Shown: positions 19,339-29,654, counted from the first letter of the stretch. The stretch: DNA of 64,000 bases from Bacteroidales bacterium (GCA_023229245.1 JALNZU010000004.1:11411-75410), one strand, 5' to 3'. Notes: generated by a model not told the origin, from the sequence alone. Made by a program: numbers and translations.

Positions 19339-19935
19339 TCACAATGTATGCGCTATTTCAATAAATCCAGGATAGGCTAATTGGGTTAGTCCTACCTGAA
19401 TATATGGTTTCACTTTGAAGAGCAGATCAACCGGCTGACTGCTGCTACCGGTCAGCTTAAATCCTAAATTTGAGATCATGTCAATGCTCTGCCCTGACAA
19501 GACCTGAAATAATTCCGTCGTAATAGGGATATGTACCAAAGTTTGACCTTCTGGCTCAATCTCATATCGCTTTTCCATTTGACCTGAGATAAGCTCTAAT
19601 CCGTCAATCAGCAGGCTATAGTCCATACGCGATAAGGCAGCCTTTTTATCATTAGGATTTTTTATACTGACTAACAAGTTTAGCTTTAATGGTAACTGTT
19701 TGCTGAACACTGCATTAGTCAATTGCATGATCTGGGCAGCGTTCAGGTCTTTACGTCCCATACCCTCATCTAAACTGATGCCGGCCAACTGAATATTGTC
19801 AACCCCTTGAACATCGAAAGTACATAACGACAAGCGCTTCATCTGAGCAGCCTGTTGTATGATGCTACAGGAAGGTAACAAAGCAAGCTGTATTCCTGCA
19901 ATCAGAAAAAAGATTAAAAAACGTTTTGACTTCAT
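19339..19935 (-). CDS. Lipoprotein with LEA_2 / WHy-like domain
   Basis: Lipobox LALLPSC. The body resembles bacterial LEA type-2 proteins (LNLLVSIKNPN..., MDYSLLIDGLELISG..., TLVHIPITT). Confidence 0.5.
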   Translation of the reverse strand: MKSKRFLIFFLIAGIQLALLPSCSIIQQAAQMKRLSLCTFDVQGVDNIQLAGISLDEGMGRKDLNAAQIMQLTNAVFSKQLPLKLNLLVSIKNPNDKKAALSRMDYSLLIDGLELISGQMEKRYEIEPEGQTLVHIPITTELFQVLSGQSIDMISNLGFKLTGSSSQPVDLLFKVKPYIQVGLTQLAYPGFIEIAHTL

Positions 19936-20188
19936 ATCTAATGATTTATAAAAAGTGAATCGATTAATTTTTACAATATAGTCTTTGACCGCTCAATGAA
20001 ATAAAGTCTCATATTGTTTGGTGTGTCTTGGCTTGAATCAAAATAGTTTATGCACCGATCAAACTAAATACACAACTTTTCATCTTAAATGATGACCTTT
20101 TTCAAGCCAGTAAAGTTAGGCTTTTCCCTGAAGAAGTCCTTATAGAAAAACCTTTATTTTTGCGCCGATGTAAGTTAGGCACTAAACT

Positions 20189-21169
20189 ATGATAGAGCTT
20201 GTTAAACCTGATACAGACCCTTGGTTCAATATTGCAGCCGAAGAATATGTAACCCACCATATGGAAGATGAGGTCTTTATGCTGTGGGAGAATACTGATT
20301 GTGTGGTGATAGGCAAACATCAGCATGCTTTATCAGAAGTGAATTTGATGTGGTTGGAAAATGCTGACATACCGGTTATACGACGGATTTCCGGAGGAGG
20401 AACGGTTTTTCAAGGTGTTGGAAATATTAACTATTCTTTTGTAACTAATCATCATACAAATAAAGACAGGGTAAGCTTCGAACGGGCTACAGCACCTATC
20501 AGAGCGTTCCTCAAGGCTAAGGATTTGGATGTGGAGCTGACCGGGAAAAGCAACCTTACCATAAAAGGTAAAAAAATATCAGGTAATGCAGCACATCTAT
20601 ATAAAAACCGGAGCCTTCATCATGGGACTCTCTTGTTTGATGCTCATTTGGAGACTATCCGACAGGCTCTTGACAGCCGGCCTGAGAACTATCTCACCAA
20701 GGCTATTCAATCGAACAGGGCAGAAATCATCAACCTGAACTCTTTACTTAGAGAGCAGATAAGTCGTGAAGAATTCTTATCTGAGCTGAGACAGTTTATC
20801 CGAGACCAACTCCAAATTTCAGATAGCCGTAGCTTTACTCAAGCTGAACTGAATGATATTGAGCAACTGGCAGAGCAGAAATACCGAAGTTGGGATTGGA
20901 ATATAGGATATTCACCTGATTATCAACTAACCAGAACCATTGGATTCAATAGGGAAACAGTCGAAATATCATTGCATGTAAGCAAGGGAATGATAAAAGA
21001 TATATGTGCTTCGAAGGATACGGATCCATCTCTGACACATTTGTTGCAAGAACATCTGATCGGATGCTACCACCGTAGAAATGACCTGATCCAACGATTG
21101 AAACATCAGGATTTTAGTCCCTATATTGCACAAGACCATTGCCAGAAAGTAGCCCAACTCTTGCTCTGA
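20189..21169 (+). CDS. lplA: Lipoate-protein ligase A
   Basis: 326 aa. PWFNIAAEEY, GKHQ, VIRRISGGGTVFQGVGNINYSF, KKISGNAAH and HHGTLLFD are LplA signatures. Confidence 0.85.
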   Translation: MIELVKPDTDPWFNIAAEEYVTHHMEDEVFMLWENTDCVVIGKHQHALSEVNLMWLENADIPVIRRISGGGTVFQGVGNINYSFVTNHHTNKDRVSFERATAPIRAFLKAKDLDVELTGKSNLTIKGKKISGNAAHLYKNRSLHHGTLLFDAHLETIRQALDSRPENYLTKAIQSNRAEIINLNSLLREQISREEFLSELRQFIRDQLQISDSRSFTQAELNDIEQLAEQKYRSWDWNIGYSPDYQLTRTIGFNRETVEISLHVSKGMIKDICASKDTDPSLTHLLQEHLIGCYHRRNDLIQRLKHQDFSPYIAQDHCQKVAQLLL

Positions 21170-21315
21170 CAGTTAGGCTGAAAACAGACTGTGCTTTATT
21201 GGTATTGAAATCATTCTTATTGATTAAGCTTGTATTTTTACATCTCGGATTACATCAGTCGGACCGAAAAGAATTTATGTATGAAAGCGAAGCTGTTTAA
21301 CAGACCATCTCAATA

Positions 21316-24267
21316 GTGTCGGAACTCAATGTATATAGTGCGTTAGCAGACTTGCGGCAGGAGTTAGCCGGAGATTTATTGCTTGATGAAGCCAATCGTG
21401 TGTTTTATAGTACCGATGCATCGGTCTATCGCGAGAAGCCGTTAGCTGTAGCCCGACCATTTGATGAGCAGGATGTCATCCGGTTAGTCCGGTTTGCCAA
21501 TGAGCGATCTGTATCCCTTATCCCGCGGGCAGCAGGTACTTCATTAGCAGGTCAGGTGGTGGGTAACGGAATAGTGGTAGATGTGTCACGCTATATGAAC
21601 CGTATCTTAGAATTTAATGCAGCCGAGAGATGGGTGAAGGTTCAACCAGGTGTCATACTAAGCGAGCTCAACCAATATCTGTTAGCCTCCGGACTTTTCT
21701 TTGCACCCGAAACTTCTACCGCAGATTATTGCACTATAGGAGGCATGGTAGGTAATAATGCCTGCGGAGCTAACTCATTGATATATGGCAGTACACGCGA
21801 CCACCTGATTGAGATGGAAATAGTTTTAAGTAATGGCAATCAGATTGTGGTCGGTCCTGTGTCAAAAAAAGCTTTTGATGAGAAATGCAAACTAGATAGC
21901 TTGGAAGGTGCACTTTATAGAAATATGCGTGATATCTTATCCGATCCTATCAATCAGACGGAAATCCGACGGGAATATCCCGATAAAGAACTCAAAAGGC
22001 GCAACACAGGCTATGCAATTGATTTACTGCTTGATTCGGAGGTTTTTTCACCCGAAGGGACCGCTTTTAATTTTTGTCAACTTTTGGCTGGTTCCGAAGG
22101 TACTTTAGCTTTCACTACAGCTATCAAGCTGAATTTGGTTCCATTACCTCCGGCTCATAACGCATTGGTTTGTGTGCATATAGAAAGTGTACAAGATGCA
22201 TTACAAGCTAATCTCATCGCCTTAGAATTCAATCCGGTAGCTGTTGAACTGATGGATAAAACCTTATTGGATCTTTCCAAAAAGAATAGCAGTCAGCTTG
22301 CCAATCGTTTTTTTATTCAAGGTGATCCGGCAGCTTTGCTTGTCGTAGAATTTGCAGAAGAGCAAGCCGATCTGATCCTGGATAAAGTAGAAGCGATGAA
22401 ACAGGCTTTGCAAGCTAAATCATTAGGCTATCATTTTCCTGTCGTAAAGGGATCAGACATACAAAAGGTATGGGCATTGCGTAAGGCCGGACTGGGAATA
22501 TTGAATAATATGGTTGGCGATGCCAAGCCCGTAGCGGTTGTCGAAGACACAGCAGTACACCCCAAGCGATTGCCGGAATATATTACTGCTTTCGATACTA
22601 TGCTTAGCCGGTTTGATAAAACTTGTGTGTATTACGGCCATGTATCTACAGGTGAGTTACATCTGAGACCAGTGATGAATCTCAAAGATCCCGCAGAGGT
22701 GGAGCTGTTTTATACTATTGCACATGAAACAGCCAGGATAGTGAAGCAGTTCAAAGGATCGCTCAGTGGCGAGCATGGTGATGGACGACTTAGAGGACAG
22801 TTTATCCCTTTGATGATAGGACAAACAAACTATTCACATCTGAAATCTATTAAGCAATGCTGGGATGCTGATGGCATATTTAATCCGCACAAAATAGTGG
22901 ATACACTTCCAATGAACAGTTCATTGCGTTACCAAGCTGGTCAAAAGACAAGAGAGTTTGATACGGTCTTTGATTTTTCTGCAGATCAGGGCATACTGAG
23001 GGCTGCCGAGAAATGCAATGGTACGGCCGTATGCCGGACAACAGAACTGACTGGAAGAATGATGTGTCCGTCCTATATGGCAATGCGTGATGAACGTACT
23101 ACTACTCGTGCACGGGCAAATCTGTTACGCGAAGTACTTACCTATTCCAATGCATCGAATCCATTCGATGATCAGGCATTGTTTGAAACTATGGAATTAT
23201 GCCTTTCATGCAAAGCCTGTAAATCAGAGTGCCCCAGCTCGGTTGATGTAGCTAAACTGAAAGCCGAGTTTCTTCAACAGTATTACGATGCCAACCGTAT
23301 CCCATTACGAACCCGTATGATAGCTCATATAGCTGATATTAACCATTTTGGAAGCTTTTTACCCGGGCTGACTAATTTTTTCCTGAGTAATAGATGGACA
23401 GCTACTATGCTGAAAAAAATACTTGGCATTGCGACTGAAAGAAACTTCCCTTTGTTGTACCATACAACTCTCGATAACTGGTTCAGAAAAAACAGCCCCA
23501 ACATAAAGAGTACATATTCTGCCGGGAGCTTGCTGTTGTTTAATGACGAGTTTACCCGCTTTACTGATACCGGGATCGGGATTGAAGCCATACTGCTGTT
23601 GACTCATCTCGGGTTTGATGTGCAAATTCCACGGCATACACAAAGTGGTCGTGCCATGATCAGCAAGGGTTTGTTGCGTAAAGCCCGTAGTATGGCCGAC
23701 GAAAATGTAGAACGTTTGTGGAGCATAGTGAGCAGCCATCGACCTTTGGTAGGGATAGAACCTTCGGCAGTGCTAAGCTTCAGAGATGAATATCCCGAAT
23801 TGGTAAGCCCTAAGCTACGCACCAAAGCGAAGCAATTAGCTGAAAATTGCTTTACCATAGAAGAATTCCTATATCAAAAGGTTCAGGAAGGTAAGATCAA
23901 CCGAGACCTGTTTACCAACCAGCCTGCTACTGTGTTTTATCATGGCCATTGCCATCAGAAGGCGCTGGCGTCAACAAAAGAAGCAGTAGGTATATTAGGC
24001 CTTCCAAAAAACTGGATAGTGAAAGAAATACAAGCCGGATGTTGCGGTATGGCAGGATCGTTTGGCTACGAAGCCGAATATTATAAGCTTTCGATGAAAA
24101 TAGGAGAGCTAAAGCTGTTTCCTGCTGTCAGAAAATTGGAAGCGAACAATCTGATAGCTGCCTCTGGCACCTCCTGTCGGCAACAGATAGCTGATGGGAC
24201 AGGCCGCATAGCTCTACATCCGATCAGCCTGCTGTACAGAGCTTTGAACGACCATCCCTTCCAATAA
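21316..24267 (+). CDS. FAD-linked oxidase fused to a 4Fe-4S/CCG-domain Fe-S oxidoreductase (YdiJ-like)
   Basis: 983 aa with a GTG start. N-terminal PCMH-type FAD domain (RAAGTSLAGQ, GGMVGNNACG), a dicluster motif (CLSCKACKSECPS), and C-terminal Cys-rich CCG-type repeats (CCGMAGSFG). Confidence 0.8.
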   Translation: MSELNVYSALADLRQELAGDLLLDEANRVFYSTDASVYREKPLAVARPFDEQDVIRLVRFANERSVSLIPRAAGTSLAGQVVGNGIVVDVSRYMNRILEFNAAERWVKVQPGVILSELNQYLLASGLFFAPETSTADYCTIGGMVGNNACGANSLIYGSTRDHLIEMEIVLSNGNQIVVGPVSKKAFDEKCKLDSLEGALYRNMRDILSDPINQTEIRREYPDKELKRRNTGYAIDLLLDSEVFSPEGTAFNFCQLLAGSEGTLAFTTAIKLNLVPLPPAHNALVCVHIESVQDALQANLIALEFNPVAVELMDKTLLDLSKKNSSQLANRFFIQGDPAALLVVEFAEEQADLILDKVEAMKQALQAKSLGYHFPVVKGSDIQKVWALRKAGLGILNNMVGDAKPVAVVEDTAVHPKRLPEYITAFDTMLSRFDKTCVYYGHVSTGELHLRPVMNLKDPAEVELFYTIAHETARIVKQFKGSLSGEHGDGRLRGQFIPLMIGQTNYSHLKSIKQCWDADGIFNPHKIVDTLPMNSSLRYQAGQKTREFDTVFDFSADQGILRAAEKCNGTAVCRTTELTGRMMCPSYMAMRDERTTTRARANLLREVLTYSNASNPFDDQALFETMELCLSCKACKSECPSSVDVAKLKAEFLQQYYDANRIPLRTRMIAHIADINHFGSFLPGLTNFFLSNRWTATMLKKILGIATERNFPLLYHTTLDNWFRKNSPNIKSTYSAGSLLLFNDEFTRFTDTGIGIEAILLLTHLGFDVQIPRHTQSGRAMISKGLLRKARSMADENVERLWSIVSSHRPLVGIEPSAVLSFRDEYPELVSPKLRTKAKQLAENCFTIEEFLYQKVQEGKINRDLFTNQPATVFYHGHCHQKALASTKEAVGILGLPKNWIVKEIQAGCCGMAGSFGYEAEYYKLSMKIGELKLFPAVRKLEANNLIAASGTSCRQQIADGTGRIALHPISLLYRALNDHPFQ

Positions 24268-24331
24268 CACCCCTTTTTATTGGAAGCCTCTTCTGATCCC
24301 ACCAAAGAAAATTAAAGTTTTTTATGAAAAA

Positions 24332-24357
24332 AATAGTGGACAATCATGTCCATTATT
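24332..24357. promoter_or_regulatory. 26-bp imperfect palindrome, candidate Rrf2 operator (AATAgTGGACAatcaTGTCCAtTATT)
   Basis: 10 of 13 positions are self-complementary. The perfect core is TGGACA-N4-TGTCCA (24337-24352). It is centred ~57 nt upstream of the Rrf2 gene start. Rrf2 regulators bind palindromes of roughly this length. Confidence 0.45.
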
Positions 24358-24400
24358 CGATTTTATTTGTTTCTTTTGTGTGAGTGAATGAATTGTTACT

Positions 24401-24835
24401 ATGTTTTCGAAAGCTTGTGAATATGGCATCAGGGCTACTGTGTATTTGGTAGGTCAATCTCTGGCAGACAAAAAGACCAATTTGAAAGACCTGGCTGAGG
24501 CTATTGACTCGCCGGCTGCCTACACATCGAAAATATTGCAGCAATTGGTTCGCAGCCGGCTTATTATATCTGAAAAGGGACCAGGTGGTGGATTTTCGGT
24601 AGAGAAATCCAGGATACAGACTCTCAAGCTCAGTCATGTGGTGCAGGCAATCGACAATGATGATATTTATCATGGCTGCGGCTTAGGATTTCCCAACTGC
24701 AGTGAAAGCCAGCCTTGCTTGATCCATCATCAGTTTAAAGCCATACGGAACGACTTGAAATATATGCTTGAGACCACAAGTTTAGTGGATCTGGCAAATG
24801 ATATCGACAAGGGAATCTCATTTTTAAAACGTTAA
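24401..24835 (+). CDS. Rrf2-family transcriptional regulator (NsrR/IscR-like, Cys-containing)
   Basis: 144 aa. The N-terminal wHTH MFSKACEYGIRATVYL is a family hallmark. A three-Cys cluster (CGLGFPNCSESQPC) sits at the usual Fe-S ligand region. Confidence 0.85.
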   Translation: MFSKACEYGIRATVYLVGQSLADKKTNLKDLAEAIDSPAAYTSKILQQLVRSRLIISEKGPGGGFSVEKSRIQTLKLSHVVQAIDNDDIYHGCGLGFPNCSESQPCLIHHQFKAIRNDLKYMLETTSLVDLANDIDKGISFLKR

Positions 24836-24848
24836 TAATAAATCAGGT

Positions 24849-26399
24849 ATGAAACCATATACTAATCCTATAACAGAAGGTAAATCTTTAGAGATGAAAA
24901 AGCATCTTACCTTGGATGAAGAACGCATTCGTAAGATGATTGACATAAAGCTAAAGCTTTTCAACAAAGAGATCACTCTGGCTGAGGCAAAAGAGATAGT
25001 CAATGCGACTTTTGACCATATTACGGCTGAAGAGTTTGCGTATGGCGAGCAGCATTTGTTGGACGCCGGTATCACCGATGAGATCATGGCTCAAGGGATG
25101 GATGAGGTGTTAGATGTTTTCAGAGATGTATTGGCAGAAAACATATTGAACCTGCCAAAGGGGCATCCTATACAGACTTATGCCGATGAAGCTGCTGCTA
25201 TCACTAAGATAGTGAATAAGATGGAGCAAAAACTCAAAGCAAGGTTTATCAAAAACGAATGGCTGGAGCTATATGATCAGCTTAGTCAGATCAACATACA
25301 TTTTAGCCGCAAACAGCATCAACTATTCTCGGCTTTAGAGCGCAAAGGTTTTGACCGGCCTTCAAAGATCATGTGGACCTTCGATGATGGGGTTAGAGAT
25401 ACTATCAGAGCTTCTTTTGCCCTGCTTCAGGATGATAAAGATCAGGCTTTTTTGGATGCACAGCCAGAAGTGATCTTTTTAGTACGCGATATTTTGGTAA
25501 AAGAGCGGGATGTGCTTTATCCTACATCACTCAGGCTGCTTAGCGATGATGAGTTTGTGAAAATGCGTATCAGTGATGACGAGATAGGCTATTGCCTGAT
25601 AGATAATCCGCCACCTTATCCAGGAAAAGAAACAACTACACCTGAGGTGGCTTCTGCTGGAAAAGAGGCTTTGCTGAGCGATATACAGGCAGTATTGGAA
25701 AAGCATGGGTTAGAAATTAAACAGGCTGATACCTTATTAGATGTTGCTACAGGAAAACTCACCTTAGAGCAGATCAATCTGTTGTATCAGCATATGCCTA
25801 TTGACTTGTCGTTTGTAGATGAGAATAATGAGGTTCGCTTTTATACTGATACCAAACATCGTATTTTCCCACGTAGTGCTGGTGTCATAGGGCGTAAAGT
25901 ACAAAACTGTCACCCGCGGGAAAGTCTTGATAAGGTTGAAGGGGTCATCAATGCTTTTCGTAGCGGCGAACAAGATACAGCAGAGTTTTGGCTCGACAAA
26001 GGGGAAAAGTTCATATATATTTTATTTACTGCAATTCGCGATGAGCAAGGCAACTACAGGGGTACTCTGGAATCTATGCAAGAGGTAGCCCATATTCGTA
26101 GTCTAAGCGGAAGCCGACGATTATTGACATGGGATAAATCCCCAAAACAATCTGCTCCAAAAACCGATAATCATTTGGAGATAACACCCAAAACATTGAT
26201 TGCTAAGCTGATATTACAATATCCGCCATTGAAGGAATTTATGATCTCGCTTTCACCTGCCTATCATAACTTGAACAATCCAACCATATTCAATACGATG
26301 AAAGATGTGGCTACACTAGAAATAGTCAGTCAGATAGGCGGCTTTGAGGTGAAAGAACTGATACAAAAAATAACACAATTTATTAACTCTAACTCCTAA
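24849..26399 (+). CDS. DUF438 / hemerythrin-like / PAS / DUF1858 multidomain protein
   Basis: 516 aa. PAS-like core: PIDLSFVDENNEVRFYTDTKHRIFPRSAGVIGRKVQNCHP...FWLDKGEKFIYILFTAIRDEQGNYRGTLE. The N-terminal helical region has spaced His/Glu residues. The C-terminal DUF1858-like segment reads ITPKTLIAKLILQYPPLKEFM. Starts 13 nt after the Rrf2 gene. Confidence 0.65.
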   Translation: MKPYTNPITEGKSLEMKKHLTLDEERIRKMIDIKLKLFNKEITLAEAKEIVNATFDHITAEEFAYGEQHLLDAGITDEIMAQGMDEVLDVFRDVLAENILNLPKGHPIQTYADEAAAITKIVNKMEQKLKARFIKNEWLELYDQLSQINIHFSRKQHQLFSALERKGFDRPSKIMWTFDDGVRDTIRASFALLQDDKDQAFLDAQPEVIFLVRDILVKERDVLYPTSLRLLSDDEFVKMRISDDEIGYCLIDNPPPYPGKETTTPEVASAGKEALLSDIQAVLEKHGLEIKQADTLLDVATGKLTLEQINLLYQHMPIDLSFVDENNEVRFYTDTKHRIFPRSAGVIGRKVQNCHPRESLDKVEGVINAFRSGEQDTAEFWLDKGEKFIYILFTAIRDEQGNYRGTLESMQEVAHIRSLSGSRRLLTWDKSPKQSAPKTDNHLEITPKTLIAKLILQYPPLKEFMISLSPAYHNLNNPTIFNTMKDVATLEIVSQIGGFEVKELIQKITQFINSNS

Positions 26400-26401
26400 A
26401 T

Positions 26402-27073
26402 ATGAAACAGTATATCTTGAAAGTTATCTCAGTAGAAAAAGTTACCCATGATGTTTTACAGATCAGGCTTGAGAAGCCGGCGCATTTTCAATTCAGGCCT
26501 GGTCAGGCTACTGATTTGGCAATTAATAAGGAGGGCTGGAAAAACGAGATACGGCCATTCACCTTTACCGCATTGCCAAGCGCTGACTATCTGGAGTTTA
26601 ACATCAAAACCTACCCACAGCATCAAGGTGTGACCAACCAATTGCTACAGCTAAAACCTGATGACGAGCTGATTATCAGTCAGCCATGGGGTACAATAGC
26701 ATATAAAGGACCCGGCGTCTTTATTGCAGGAGGAGCAGGGATCACTCCATTTCTGGCTATCTTAAGGCTGCTGAACAGCGAAAATAAATTGGCCGATAAT
26801 AAATTGATCTTTGCCAACAAAACGGCTAATGATATTATTCACAAAGAAGAGTTTGAGAATCTCTTAGGTGCTAATTTTATCAATATACTGTCGGATGAAG
26901 AGCATGCAACCTATGCACATGGGTTTATTAGCAAAGATTTCCTGCAGCAACATTTGGCCGGCCCAACACATTATTACTATGTATGCGGACCGCGACCGAT
27001 GATGAATAGTGTGCTTAATCAATTGCATGAGTTGGGCGTGAAAGATGAGTGGATTGTAAAAGAAGAGTTTTAA
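26402..27073 (+). CDS. Ferredoxin-NADP reductase-like FAD/NAD(P)-binding oxidoreductase
   Basis: 223 aa. R-x-[YF]-[ST] flavin motif (RPFTFT), GGAGITPF nucleotide-binding motif, and C-terminal YVCGP. Starts 2 nt after the preceding gene. Confidence 0.7.
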   Translation: MKQYILKVISVEKVTHDVLQIRLEKPAHFQFRPGQATDLAINKEGWKNEIRPFTFTALPSADYLEFNIKTYPQHQGVTNQLLQLKPDDELIISQPWGTIAYKGPGVFIAGGAGITPFLAILRLLNSENKLADNKLIFANKTANDIIHKEEFENLLGANFINILSDEEHATYAHGFISKDFLQQHLAGPTHYYYVCGPRPMMNSVLNQLHELGVKDEWIVKEEF

Positions 27074-27220
27074 GTTATGAATGCATAATCTCAAAAATAA
27101 AAGATCATATCACCGAAGAATACAATAGTTTTGTATTTTGCAAGGCGAGATGACAGAAACCTGTGATTGAATTGTCGTAACCGTTTTTTTTAAGTATTCA
27201 TTATTTAATTTTTAGTTATT

Positions 27221-27550
27221 ATGGATCATTCTTTATATCCAAAGGCATCCAAGGAGTTGGCTGATCAACGTGCGGCTTTATCTCCCGAGATGACTGAAGC
27301 ATGGACGCAATTCAGTCGTACTGTTTTCAAAGAAGGTGTATTACCGGAGAAGACCAAGCAACTGATTGCTGTTGCTGTTGCACATGTTACCCAATGTCCG
27401 TATTGTATCCGATCGCATACTAAACAAGCTTTGCGTAAGGGTGCCAGCAAAGCCGAGATTATGGAGGCTGTGTGGGTAGCTGCAGAAATGCGCTCCGGAG
27501 CTGCTATGGCACACTCGGCTATCGCACTTGACGAAATGAATAATATATAA
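27221..27550 (+). CDS. Carboxymuconolactone decarboxylase (AhpD-like) family protein
   Basis: 109 aa. The CPYCIRSH CxxC motif in a helical CMD fold is typical of AhpD-like proteins. Confidence 0.75.
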   Translation: MDHSLYPKASKELADQRAALSPEMTEAWTQFSRTVFKEGVLPEKTKQLIAVAVAHVTQCPYCIRSHTKQALRKGASKAEIMEAVWVAAEMRSGAAMAHSAIALDEMNNI

Positions 27551-27552
27551 AA

Positions 27553-28974
27553 ATGAAGGATGTTTCTTTTAGTATGGGGCTGTTTACCGACCACTATGAA
27601 CTGACAATGGCCGAAGGCTATTTTCATGCAGGGCAGAATGGAGGTACAGCAAATTTCGATTATTTCTTCAGAAAAAATCCTTTTGGTTCGGGATATACCG
27701 TGTTTGCCGGATTAGACGAACTGCTGGAAATGGTACTAGAGTTCAACTACGACCATAATGCCATTGATTACCTATCAACACGAGGCTTTTCGGATGATTT
27801 TTTAGAGTATCTGAAGACTTTCCGGTTTCAAGGCGATATATATGCACCTAAAGAAGGAGAAATAGTTTTCCCTAACGAGCCAATATTGAGAGTTACGGGT
27901 GATATTATCGAAACTCAACTTTTGGAAACACTGATACTGAATGTGTTGAATTTTCAATCGCTCATAGCAACCAAAGCTAACCGTATCCGGCAGTCGGCCG
28001 GTAATCGTTTGTTAATGGAGTTTGGTATGCGCAGGGCACAAGGTTGGGCTGCTGTAGCAGCCAGCAGAGCTGCTATCATAGGCGGAATTGACAGCACATC
28101 AAATGTGGTGAGTGCCTACAGCTACGGAATACCTTCTACCGGAACTATGGCGCATTCATGGATACAAAGCTTTGAAGATGAGCTGACAGCTTTCAGGGCT
28201 TATGCCAAAACACATCCCGACGACTGCATATTATTAGTAGATACTTATCATACCCTGAAAAGTGGAATACCCAACGCAATAATTGTCGCAAAGGAGTTGG
28301 AAAAGACAGGCCATAAACTCAAAGGGATCAGATTGGATAGCGGCGACCTGGCCTACCTATCCAAACAAGCCAGAAAACGACTTGATGAAAATGGCCTGGA
28401 CTATGTGAAAATAGTAGCTTCCAATCAGTTAGATGAATATATCATCAAAAGCCTTATCGAGCAGGGAGCACCTATTGAGTCATTTGGAGTAGGAACTAAT
28501 TTGATCACCGGTAGAAATGATGCGGCACTTGATGGAGTATATAAGCTTAGTCTGATACACGATCGACCTACATTAAAACTATCGGACGACCTGATCAAGC
28601 TTACATTACCAGGCGAGAAAAAAGTACTTCGCTATTTCAACGGCCAAAATAAATTTTATGCCGATGCCATTGCATTAGCCCATGAGAACCTTAACGAGAT
28701 AACAACTATTTATCATCCGCACGATGCCGAAAAAAATACCTCAGTGATTGAATTGACCAGCGAGGCTATACAATCAAAAGTCATGGATAAAGGTAAGAGA
28801 CTATCTGAGAGAACTTCAATACAGCAAAGTTCGGACTACAGAAAACTACGCATCTCGCAATTGCCCGACGAACATAAGCGCTTTGAATATCCACACTTAT
28901 ATAAAGTAGGTATTAGTGAAAAACTTATGCAAATACGCGATACATTAGTACGAAATATTAAAAAAGAAACATAA
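27553..28974 (+). CDS. pncB: Nicotinate phosphoribosyltransferase
   Basis: 473 aa. TDHYELTMAEGYF, MEFGMRRAQG, GTMAHSWIQSF and GIRLDSGDLAYLS are PncB motifs. Starts 2 nt after the CMD gene. Confidence 0.85.
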   Translation: MKDVSFSMGLFTDHYELTMAEGYFHAGQNGGTANFDYFFRKNPFGSGYTVFAGLDELLEMVLEFNYDHNAIDYLSTRGFSDDFLEYLKTFRFQGDIYAPKEGEIVFPNEPILRVTGDIIETQLLETLILNVLNFQSLIATKANRIRQSAGNRLLMEFGMRRAQGWAAVAASRAAIIGGIDSTSNVVSAYSYGIPSTGTMAHSWIQSFEDELTAFRAYAKTHPDDCILLVDTYHTLKSGIPNAIIVAKELEKTGHKLKGIRLDSGDLAYLSKQARKRLDENGLDYVKIVASNQLDEYIIKSLIEQGAPIESFGVGTNLITGRNDAALDGVYKLSLIHDRPTLKLSDDLIKLTLPGEKKVLRYFNGQNKFYADAIALAHENLNEITTIYHPHDAEKNTSVIELTSEAIQSKVMDKGKRLSERTSIQQSSDYRKLRISQLPDEHKRFEYPHLYKVGISEKLMQIRDTLVRNIKKET

Positions 28975-29102
28975 ATCAGACACAAGACTTTTTATTCCTA
29001 TCCTGATATGGTAGGATAAAGAAATTATATTGAAAATGATGCTGTTATACTCTATAAAAATGTTAAAACAGCTTCACACATAAAATTTAACCTTTGAATA
29101 AG

Positions 29103-29654
29103 ATGAAAGCATTATTATTAGTTGACGTACAAAATGATTTTTGCCCTGGCGGCGCACTGCCTGCACCTTTTGGAGATGAGGTAGTGCCAGTGATTAACAG
29201 CCTGTTGGACTCTTTTGATTTGGTTGTCGCTTCCAAAGACTGGCATCCGCCACAGACAGTACATTTCGAGAAGTGGCCTCCGCATTGTGTGCGTGATACC
29301 CATGGGGCTGAGTTTCACCCCGGGCTGAAGGCAGAAAAGATAGACAAAATCTTTTTGAAAGGCACAGACGATAAAGATGATGGATACTCAGCTTTTGAGG
29401 CAACCAATGCCGATCTGACGGATTATCTACGTGGGAAAGGCATCAAACAGTTGTTTGTGACCGGCCTGACGACCGAATACTGTGTCAAGGAAAGCGTTAT
29501 GGAAGCATTGCGACAAGGGTTTGAAACCTTTATGATAGAAGATGCAGTGAAGGGAATAGGTGTACATCCGGATGATATACCCAACGCCATAAGCGACATG
29601 CAAAAAGCTGGGGCCAAAATGATAAGCTCGTATGACCTTTTGAAACCAAATTGA
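29103..29654 (+). CDS. pncA: Nicotinamidase / pyrazinamidase (isochorismatase family)
   Basis: ALLLVDVQNDFCPGGALP, KDWHPP..HF, and the catalytic-Cys motif TGLTTEYCV. The ORF-track start at 29094 is a TTG, so the ATG at 29103 (MKALLL) is preferred. Confidence 0.85.
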   Translation: MKALLLVDVQNDFCPGGALPAPFGDEVVPVINSLLDSFDLVVASKDWHPPQTVHFEKWPPHCVRDTHGAEFHPGLKAEKIDKIFLKGTDDKDDGYSAFEATNADLTDYLRGKGIKQLFVTGLTTEYCVKESVMEALRQGFETFMIEDAVKGIGVHPDDIPNAISDMQKAGAKMISSYDLLKPN

